Assembly: GCA_002713205.1 (NCBI GenBank)
Contig: PAVW01000020.1
Coordinates: 1 to 32,000 of the forward strand
Origin: Nitrososphaerota archaeon
Lineage (GTDB): Archaea > Thermoproteota > Nitrososphaeria > Nitrososphaerales > UBA57
Reading direction: 5' to 3'
Length of the DNA: 32,000 nt
Shown here piece after piece: positions 14,679-21,819 of this stretch. How positions within the stretch are numbered: position 1 is the stretch's first letter; each line of letters begins with the position of its first letter. The notes beneath the pieces are model-generated. The model searched no databases and had not been told where the DNA came from. It saw only the letters and a list, made by a program, of their open reading frames with translations. The position numbers and the translations under genes were made by a program.

Positions 14679-16952
14679 ATGACTCGACATTTAATAGCTA
14701 GTCTATTAGTAATTACACTACTTGTCGCAGCAGCTATATTCGTGATGGCTCCTAAAGCCAGTGCACAAAATGTAGCACCAGCTTTAGGTTCAACTAGAGC
14801 TGAACGTAATTGGGAATATATTAACGCAAACTCCTGGGGACATAATTTTAATCCTCAGACACAACTAAATTCCGAAAACATTCATCTCGCTGAGATGAAG
14901 TGGGTATTTCCAATACCTGATGCTGACTCGATAGGGTGTACTAACTTAAACGGGTTCTGTGGAACCGGTGGTATTGCACCTCCTCTTATTATAGATGGAT
15001 ATGCATACCTTGCCACTAATTACCAAACAATCTTCAAAATCGATATGGAAACTGGAGCTCAAGTTTGGTATAGTGAACGAACCGCAGACGGAGAAAGAAC
15101 AGATATTATTGGTGAACAAGTACAATTCCATCGTGGATTAAATCCACCTGGTCTTCCAGTCTTTTCACTATCAGCTCACACACACTCAATGAACGCTTGG
15201 GAACTAAATGGTGAGATGGTCCTTTGGCTCAATTCCTTTGGTTGTACTATTAAAGGAATTAGTGCTGAAACTGGTGAAGAAGTTTTCACTTTGTTAGAAC
15301 ATTGTAGAAATGTACCAACTAATTCTGGTTTGTACAACGCACAAGGTTCACATGCACCAGTTATTGACCGCAGTCACAATCAAATAATTGTAGCGGTTGG
15401 TGGACATATGGAAGGAAGTTATGGTGGCAGAGCATATGTAGCAGCATATGATCTTGGCGCATGTAGCAGCTTCCCTTGTACTATTGATGCAACAACAGAT
15501 ACTCATCTGAATTGGAGATTCTTTTATCAACCTCCTAACGGTGAACTATTCCCTGATGAATACAAAGCATGGGGTGAATGGTTAGTTGATAACTGCGCTG
15601 TAGGATGGATTGAAGGCGTAAATTCATGTGATGTCCCAGCAGAAGTTCTTCGATGGGACTGGTCAGGAATGCCTGGAACTTATAATGAGAAAACAGGTAT
15701 GCCATTCAATGCAGGTGTAAGCAATATTTGGGGTGAAATCGTAGTTGATGAAGAAAATGGTAGAGTATACTTCGGTACAGCTCAACCAGGACCTGATTTC
15801 AACACAACATTCACAAAAGGACCTCGTCTATTTGGTTCTGCCATAGTTGGTGTGAATACTGCTGACGGCTCACTTGGTTGGTATTTCCAAAGCTCCACAA
15901 AAGATGTTTGGGATATGGATTGTTCATGGAATACGACCCTCATGGATATTGATGGTCGACGAACAGTCATTAAACAATGTAAACAAGGTCACGTTCATGC
16001 ATTTGATGCAGCTACTGGTGATCCCATATGGATTACTGAAGTACCTGGTGTACATTTCTCCAAGTATTACTGCAATGCAGCATGTGATAACGGCGGTGGA
16101 CCTAACAATGGTCTTAGAGGTCGTGGTGTACTACACTCTGTACCACTAGGTATAGATGGTCTAGGAGACAATGCAAAGAATTGGGCATTCTTTGATATGA
16201 GAGTACCTGAAGATGTCCTCAAACCATGGCAAAGTCACCCAGCACCTCAATCTCAAAGCTTCTGGCAAAATCCTAACGGTTCTGGATGTGCAGAAAATGA
16301 TATCGCATTCGATGGTGATAGAGTATATGTTGCATGTAAGAATGAACCTGTATACATTCGAGCGATGAATGTAGATTTCAGATGTCATGCATTCACAGGA
16401 TGCTTCATGGACAATAGAAACGACGATGCACCGTTCCCGCGAGAATTTAATCACACAGTTACAGCAATTGATGCTCGTACTGGTGAAGTAGTGTGGGACT
16501 TCTTTGTTGATACCGTTGCACACCGTGGTGGTGTAATAGCCTCCGGTGGAGTATCCTATTGGAATGGTTTCGATGGTAAACTCCGTGCAGTTGATTCAGC
16601 AACTGGTGAACTTCTTCATCAATTCAACTTTGGTACAGCTCTAGATACACAACCTATTATCGGTCAAACAGCTGATGGACAGACACGACTTATGCAATCC
16701 TATGGAGGCAGAGGTCTAACGAGTCAAGTACCATCACTCAGGGGTTCAGTACCAGGTGCTCTTACTGCATTTGGCTTACCTGATCAACTACCTGAAGGCG
16801 TTAGCCGAGAAGTAGAAGTTAGAGAGGTAATCAAAGAAGTAGAAGTACCAGTAGAAACAATTAGTCCAATTTCTTATGTTGCAATTGGACTCGGCGTCGT
16901 ATTAGTCGTCGTTGCTGGAGTTCTCTTCACAAGATCACGTCAAACAACTTAA
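14679..16952 (+). CDS. PQQ-dependent dehydrogenase-family beta-propeller protein, paralog 6; signal peptide, E/V stalk, C-terminal TM anchor
   Basis: Sec-type signal MTRHLIASLLVITLLVAAAIFVMAPKASA-Q. NWEYINANSWGHNFNPQTQLNSENIHLAEMKWVFPIP. KIDMETGAQVW, GISAETGEEVF, AFDAATGDPIW, AIDARTGEVVW, AVDSATGELLH. FGTAQPGPDFNTTFTKGPRLFGSAIVGVNTADGSLGWYFQSSTKDVWDMDCSW. Tail REVEVREVIKEVEVPVETISPISYVAIGLGVVLVVVAGVLF-TRSRQTT. Confidence 0.9.
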   Translation: MTRHLIASLLVITLLVAAAIFVMAPKASAQNVAPALGSTRAERNWEYINANSWGHNFNPQTQLNSENIHLAEMKWVFPIPDADSIGCTNLNGFCGTGGIAPPLIIDGYAYLATNYQTIFKIDMETGAQVWYSERTADGERTDIIGEQVQFHRGLNPPGLPVFSLSAHTHSMNAWELNGEMVLWLNSFGCTIKGISAETGEEVFTLLEHCRNVPTNSGLYNAQGSHAPVIDRSHNQIIVAVGGHMEGSYGGRAYVAAYDLGACSSFPCTIDATTDTHLNWRFFYQPPNGELFPDEYKAWGEWLVDNCAVGWIEGVNSCDVPAEVLRWDWSGMPGTYNEKTGMPFNAGVSNIWGEIVVDEENGRVYFGTAQPGPDFNTTFTKGPRLFGSAIVGVNTADGSLGWYFQSSTKDVWDMDCSWNTTLMDIDGRRTVIKQCKQGHVHAFDAATGDPIWITEVPGVHFSKYYCNAACDNGGGPNNGLRGRGVLHSVPLGIDGLGDNAKNWAFFDMRVPEDVLKPWQSHPAPQSQSFWQNPNGSGCAENDIAFDGDRVYVACKNEPVYIRAMNVDFRCHAFTGCFMDNRNDDAPFPREFNHTVTAIDARTGEVVWDFFVDTVAHRGGVIASGGVSYWNGFDGKLRAVDSATGELLHQFNFGTALDTQPIIGQTADGQTRLMQSYGGRGLTSQVPSLRGSVPGALTAFGLPDQLPEGVSREVEVREVIKEVEVPVETISPISYVAIGLGVVLVVVAGVLFTRSRQTT

Positions 16953-16959
16953 GATGATA

Positions 16960-16994
16960 GTTGTCCCTCTGGGACAACTTCATATTTTTTTTTT
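16960..16994 (+). terminator. Hairpin (GTTGTCCC-TCT-GGGACAAC) plus T10 run; putative terminator of paralog 6
   Basis: Perfect 8-bp stem at 16960-16967 / 16971-16978, starting 7 nt after the stop. T10 at 16985-16994. Stem identical to the one after paralog 1. Confidence 0.55.
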
Positions 16995-17047
16995 CGATTA
17001 AATTCCTTCAGCTACACTTATTATTATAAAAACCAAAATAAATTTCA

Positions 17048-17347
17048 TTGAAAATAATTACTATTGGGTCACAAGCATTTATTTCTGGATTTATGCTATC
17101 TGGCGCAAGTGGAATACATGTAAAAAATTCTTCTGACGCTCTAAAACAGATTAATTCACTTTTAACTACAAAAGATATTGGTCTTGTTCTTATCAGTAAT
17201 GAAATTTCAAAAGAAATCGAGGATGAATTGAATGATATTCGCTCAAATAATCCCACGCCATTAATATATTCAATACCTGGTCCTGGTAGTAAAATTGACC
17301 AAGTTGACTATCGCGAACTAATCAAAAAAGTCTTAAAAATGTCTTGA
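17048..17347 (+). CDS. atpF: A-type (A1Ao) ATP synthase subunit F
   Basis: About 100 aa. IITIGSQAFISGFMLSGASGIHV...DIGLVLISNEISKEI follows the subunit F pattern (V.GD.D...GF.LAG ... I.II.E..A). TTG start, with an A/T box (TTATTATAAAAA) about 24 nt upstream. Confidence 0.72.
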   Translation: MKIITIGSQAFISGFMLSGASGIHVKNSSDALKQINSLLTTKDIGLVLISNEISKEIEDELNDIRSNNPTPLIYSIPGPGSKIDQVDYRELIKKVLKMS

Positions 17348-17352
17348 TTATC

Positions 17353-18534
17353 TTACATCGGTGTTAATTTAAATTTCTTATTTTCTCTTTTCTCTGAATC
17401 ATTCCATGCCGATGATAATTTTTTCCCTGCACTGCCAATGATAGCTTCGATTTCTGTTTTATCTGCATATTTTTTAACATGATTTTCAACAGCTTGTATT
17501 CCGCTCTTAATTATTTTGTTTTGATATTCTTCTATTTTTCCATTATCGCAAAGTTGTGCTACATTAGGATCCAATGGTAATGAAACTATAAGTTTTGTAC
17601 CTAATTTATCCGCAAATTTCTGACTTTCTGATTCTCCAAGTATGTAGTTGCGCTCTCCACATTTCTTACAACTCAAATATGACATATTTTCCACTAGACC
17701 TATTAGCGGGATGTTCAATGCTTTCGCCATATTTGCTGATTTACTGACAATCATCTTTGCCAAATCTTGTGGAGTACTTACAATAACAACTCCAGATAAA
17801 GGTAAAGATTGAAAAACAGTAAGTGATGCATCACTAGTTCCAGGTGGTAAATCGACCAGTAGATAGTCCAAATCACCCCAATCAACATCTGAATATAATT
17901 GCCTGATTAAATTATTAATAATAGGTCCTCTCCAAATTGTTGGTCTTTCTGGATCGTCCAACATTAAATTTAATGAAATTATTTTTAAACCTGTGCTAGT
18001 TTCTGCAGGAATCATTCCATTTCTTCCTTTTAATATTCTTTTGGTAACTCCAAATATTTTTGCTTGACTTGGTCCAGTAATATCTGCGTCAAGTATACCT
18101 ACGTTATATCCTAATCTTTTTAATTCAGATGCAAATAATGCAGTAATTAGTGATTTTCCAACTCCTCCTTTGCCAGAAACAACAGCTATTATATTCTCAT
18201 TATTTTTCTTTTCTAATCGTCCAATTAGATCTTTTTCTGATTTACCAGACTTCTTTTGTACCTTTGTTTTCAGAATTGATAATTCTTCTTTAGACATTAC
18301 AGTTGTATCTGCATTAACTTTGTTTATTCCCTGTAATTTGATTAATTCATTTTTCACATCTCTTTTTATTGTATCAGCTAAAGGACATCCTGCAACAGTC
18401 AATGCAATTAATACGTCGACTACGTCATTTTTAATTTGGATTTTTTTTACCATGTTAAGATCAATTATATTCATATGAATTTCCGGATCCATGACATTTG
18501 TTAAAGCGGTTCTAATTTCCTTTTCTGTTGACAT
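17353..18534 (-). CDS. Mrp/NBP35/ApbC-family Fe-S cluster carrier ATPase with N-terminal DUF59 (MIP18-like) domain
   Basis: DUF59-like TALTNVMDPEIHMNIIDLNMV...TVAGCPL. Deviant Walker A VVSGKGGVGKS. Conserved CxxC (LSCKKCGE). ATG at 18534; an upstream GTG at 18543 is used in the ORF track. Confidence 0.9.
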   Translation of the reverse strand: MSTEKEIRTALTNVMDPEIHMNIIDLNMVKKIQIKNDVVDVLIALTVAGCPLADTIKRDVKNELIKLQGINKVNADTTVMSKEELSILKTKVQKKSGKSEKDLIGRLEKKNNENIIAVVSGKGGVGKSLITALFASELKRLGYNVGILDADITGPSQAKIFGVTKRILKGRNGMIPAETSTGLKIISLNLMLDDPERPTIWRGPIINNLIRQLYSDVDWGDLDYLLVDLPPGTSDASLTVFQSLPLSGVVIVSTPQDLAKMIVSKSANMAKALNIPLIGLVENMSYLSCKKCGERNYILGESESQKFADKLGTKLIVSLPLDPNVAQLCDNGKIEEYQNKIIKSGIQAVENHVKKYADKTEIEAIIGSAGKKLSSAWNDSEKRENKKFKLTPM

Positions 18535-18664
18535 GATTTTCACTGATTAATTGGTATTGATATTATTAATTTTTATGATTATATAATATTGATTATATAT
18601 TTTTGATTTGATAATTAACTATTAAATATAAATAGATAGTGGTTATTTTTACTAGTGATGTCTC

Positions 18665-19270
18665 ATGGAAAATAATCAGAAAAATAGCAATATTCTTGAT
18701 GACGTTGCAAAAGAAACTGAAACTGAAATTATGTCTATTATCAACGAAGGATTTGAACAAGCCAGAAAAATAATTGAAGACTCTGAAAATCGGACAAAAA
18801 TTGATATAAATGATATTAGTACTTTCCAAGAAAAAGAATCCGAAATTCTCTCACGTCAAATATTAGGTACTGCTGAAATTGAAAAACGAAATACTGTTCT
18901 AAAAATTATTGAAAAAAATATTAATAAAGTCTTTATTACAGCGCTTAAAGAACTAAATAAAAATAAAGATAAAAATTATCAAAAATCTCTAAATAGTTTT
19001 CTTACCGAAGGTGTTGTTTTATTGGATGATTCAATATTATATGTTTCTTGCAATAAAAAAGATAGACAATTAATTAAAAAAATTATTCCAACTCTCTCCA
19101 AACAATATGATAAGGAAATTAAACTTAATGATGAATCCATCGATACTTGTGGTGGCGTTATTATTCGTAATGCTGATAGTTCAGTTAGTATTAATAATAC
19201 TATTGAAGAACGATTAGAAAGAATGAAACCAGAACTTCGTACTGAAATTGTTAAAAAATTTACTAAATAA
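18665..19270 (+). CDS. atpE: A-type ATP synthase subunit E (peripheral stalk)
   Basis: 201 aa. Charged helical N-terminal half. C-terminal CGGVIIRNADSSVSINNTIEERLERMKPELR matches the subunit E signature GGV.....DG.I..DNT.E.RL. Confidence 0.78.
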   Translation: MENNQKNSNILDDVAKETETEIMSIINEGFEQARKIIEDSENRTKIDINDISTFQEKESEILSRQILGTAEIEKRNTVLKIIEKNINKVFITALKELNKNKDKNYQKSLNSFLTEGVVLLDDSILYVSCNKKDRQLIKKIIPTLSKQYDKEIKLNDESIDTCGGVIIRNADSSVSINNTIEERLERMKPELRTEIVKKFTK

Positions 19271-19286
19271 TATTTTTTTACTTTAA

Positions 19287-20480
19287 ATGATTTTTTTGAA
19301 TAATCAAAAAACTCTAATTATACTTTATTCAGTTGTTTTTTGCGTTGCAACTGGTTTGTCTATAATTACTCCTGCACTTTCATTATATGCAAGAGAGTTC
19401 GCCGCAACTAATTTTATGATAGGTGGTTTAATAGCTGGATTTGGGATTGCTCGTGTTTTTGTTAATCTCCCTGCAGGGATGTTTGCAGATAAATATGATC
19501 AAAAACAATTAATGCAATTTGGATTATCGATTATAATTATTTCATCATTAGTTGCTGCATTTTCTCCCTCTTATTCAATATTATTGCTTTGTAGAATTGT
19601 TGAAGGTGTTGGTTCTGCTTTTTATATGGTTTCCGCATCTACTCTTTTGAATTCAATTGTTCCTATCTCAAAACGCGGTCGTGCATTGAGTTATTATACT
19701 GCTTCCATTCTTTTTGGCGTAATTATAGGACCAATTTTAGGTGGCATTATTGTACCACTTTATGGTAAAAGTTCTCCGTTTATTTTCTATTCTTTAATGA
19801 CACTTGCTGGTCTTCTTATAACTCGTTATTTTATTACTAATACTGTTAAAATTTCCACTAATAGATCCCCATTTAGTTTGAATCATCTTAAAAATCGTTC
19901 ACTTCTACTCGTTTCACTTTCTACTTTTGCTTTTGCATTTAGTTGGACTGGTTTAGAATTAACTGTTATACCTATTTTTGCATATGATAAGTTACAACTT
20001 TCTCCACTATTACTTGGTCTAACTATAAGCATTGCAGCTGTTTCTAATTTGGCAAGTACTTTGTTTGCTGGTCATTTAACTGATAGATTTGGTAGAAAAA
20101 AACCAATTATATTAAGTCTATTTTGTACAGCTATTGTCGCTTATTGCTTGTCATTGTCTTATTCTTTTTACAGCTTGTTGTTCTTTATGTCACTTTTTGG
20201 ATTATCTAGCGGTTTATGGGGGCAAACACAAGCTTGGGCAGCTGATTTATCTGACAAAAAACATTTAGGCAGTTTTCTTGGTTTTAATCGCACAATGGGT
20301 GATTTGGGCTTTGTCATTGGTCCAATTTTACTGGGTTATCTTTCCTCAAGTTATTCTGTTAATAATATAAGTTTATTACCCTTTTACTTTGATTCACTTG
20401 TTTTGATTATTATTGCAATAGCTATAGTATTTGCCAAGGATCCCGCGGCTAATTTAAATACTAAATCTAAAAAAAACTAA
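19287..20480 (+). CDS. MFS transporter
   Basis: About 12 predicted TM segments. MFS signatures GMFADKYDQK (loop 2-3 position) and GHLTDRFGRKKPI (loop 8-9). Confidence 0.82.
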   Translation: MIFLNNQKTLIILYSVVFCVATGLSIITPALSLYAREFAATNFMIGGLIAGFGIARVFVNLPAGMFADKYDQKQLMQFGLSIIIISSLVAAFSPSYSILLLCRIVEGVGSAFYMVSASTLLNSIVPISKRGRALSYYTASILFGVIIGPILGGIIVPLYGKSSPFIFYSLMTLAGLLITRYFITNTVKISTNRSPFSLNHLKNRSLLLVSLSTFAFAFSWTGLELTVIPIFAYDKLQLSPLLLGLTISIAAVSNLASTLFAGHLTDRFGRKKPIILSLFCTAIVAYCLSLSYSFYSLLFFMSLFGLSSGLWGQTQAWAADLSDKKHLGSFLGFNRTMGDLGFVIGPILLGYLSSSYSVNNISLLPFYFDSLVLIIIAIAIVFAKDPAANLNTKSKKN

Positions 20481-21055
20481 ATCCAAGTTTTAATTTGTAT
20501 TGTTTTTTTAATTATGTTAGATATGATGTATGATATTGGAACTGTATATGCTATTAATGTTACATTAAACAATGCAATTAGTCCTAAAGTAATAAACAAA
20601 GCTGATTCTGGAATTGCAAACCCTATTGGTGGATTCATAGGCAGTGCTATGAAATTAATTATAGTCATTATTGATGTTCTGATTATTATAGCAGAACTTG
20701 TTAATATGACTACATTCTTTCTGATTCGGAAATATTGTAATTTATGTATTAATATTATTCCTATGAGAGAACTATAAATAGCAAATAAATTATAAATTGG
20801 CCCTGTAATTAATTGCCCTGGAAAGAAAATTAAAAGAGAAATGAAATTAATGAATGATGCTAAAAACGCGGAAATAGGTCCGAATAGAAATAATGCTATA
20901 AACAAAGGTATTTCCCATATTTGATAAATAAGAAAGGGCGCATAAGGCGCTGGTATTCCTAATGGCAAAAAAGGCGGATGTAAAACTAATGATAATGTTG
21001 CAAAGAGTATTGACGCTGAAAAAATTTTCGTGGATACAATTGATTTTGATTGCAA
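20477..21055 (-). CDS. Polytopic integral membrane protein, function unknown (possibly ECF-transporter S-component-like)
   Basis: 192 aa, about 5-6 hydrophobic segments, TTG start with no early ATG. 4-nt tail-to-tail overlap with the MFS gene. The S-component resemblance is only an impression. Confidence 0.55.
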   Translation of the reverse strand: MQSKSIVSTKIFSASILFATLSLVLHPPFLPLGIPAPYAPFLIYQIWEIPLFIALFLFGPISAFLASFINFISLLIFFPGQLITGPIYNLFAIYSSLIGIILIHKLQYFRIRKNVVILTSSAIIIRTSIMTIINFIALPMNPPIGFAIPESALFITLGLIALFNVTLIAYTVPISYIISNIIKKTIQIKTWI

Positions 21056-21115
21056 TTATCGAATAATAAAATTAAACATAAATAAATTTATTGTAACTAC
21101 AAAAATATTGGTAAC

Positions 21116-21685
21116 TTAATCTACAACTATTATAGTTCCTGTCATAAATGGATGAGGATTGCATTTGTAATTGAATTCTCCAACTTGTTCAAATTTATGT
21201 GAAAAACCTGCATCGAATCCCATTTCAATGGACTTGAATAATCCGTCTTCTGATGTGACGTCATGCCAACCGACACCTCCTCCACCACCATCTAACTGGG
21301 TATCTTGATTCCTCCAAGTAATTGTAGATCCTTTTTTAATTTTAATTACTGCAGGTTTAAATTTGTAATTATCCATAATTATCTCAATATTCCCTTCTAA
21401 AACTGTTAGCTCACATTTATCACCAATTAAAACTTGTCCAAATGGACATTTTTGTTCTGGTTCAGCAACTGGTTCTGGTTCAGCAACTGGTTCTGGTTCA
21501 GCAACTGGTTCTGGTTCAGCAACTGCCTCCTCTTGATTTTTAGATTTTTCTCCAGATTCGGCCATTTCATCTAAAACATTAATAGAATTATTAGAAGTAT
21601 CCGGAAAACTATTCGAATAAATGAATATGCCTCCTAATATAATTAGCAATGCAATTACAATTGGAACTACAGGTAGTTTATTCAT
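21116..21685 (-). CDS. Membrane-anchored type-1 blue copper protein (amicyanin/plastocyanin-like cupredoxin) with (PVAEPE)4 linker
   Basis: N-terminal TM (LPVVPIVIALLIILGGIFIY). Linker AVAEPEPVAEPEPVAEPEPVAEPEQ. Cupredoxin domain with ligand pattern His (GWHDV) ... Cys-x2-His-x2-Met (YKCNPHPFMTG), the spacing seen in amicyanin (CTPHPFM). Confidence 0.85.
   Translation of the reverse strand: MNKLPVVPIVIALLIILGGIFIYSNSFPDTSNNSINVLDEMAESGEKSKNQEEAVAEPEPVAEPEPVAEPEPVAEPEQKCPFGQVLIGDKCELTVLEGNIEIIMDNYKFKPAVIKIKKGSTITWRNQDTQLDGGGGGVGWHDVTSEDGLFKSIEMGFDAGFSHKFEQVGEFNYKCNPHPFMTGTIIVVD
21455..21526 (-). repeat. Four tandem 18-bp repeats (ttctggttcagcaactgg on + strand), first three perfect and the last differing at its final base, encoding PVAEPE x4
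   Basis: Read directly: units at 21455-21472, 21473-21490, 21491-21508 and 21509-21526. The last unit ends in c instead of g. Confidence 0.95.
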
Positions 21686-21819
21686 TTAATATTATTTGAA
21701 AAATCAATCATTTAAGAATTTTGTATTTACTTCACAATAATTTATCAATAGAATGGATTTTTTATTAAAATAATCGAATTGTTTTTAAACCCTAATTGTC
21801 AAATGATAAATGATAATTT

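Noticed and set aside
14679-16952. Paralogs 1 and 6 look GC-richer than paralogs 3-5, possibly indicating horizontal acquisition.
   Set aside because: Hand counts of a few 60-nt lines overlap (about 38-50 percent versus about 25-45 percent). atpA is similarly GC-richer, so expression-linked codon usage is an equally good explanation. A proper GC3 and codon-usage computation is needed.
17008-17256. 82-aa minus-strand ORF overlapping atpF.
   Set aside because: The plus-strand frame matches the A-ATPase subunit F pattern and fits the + strand ATPase context. The antisense product has no recognisable features.
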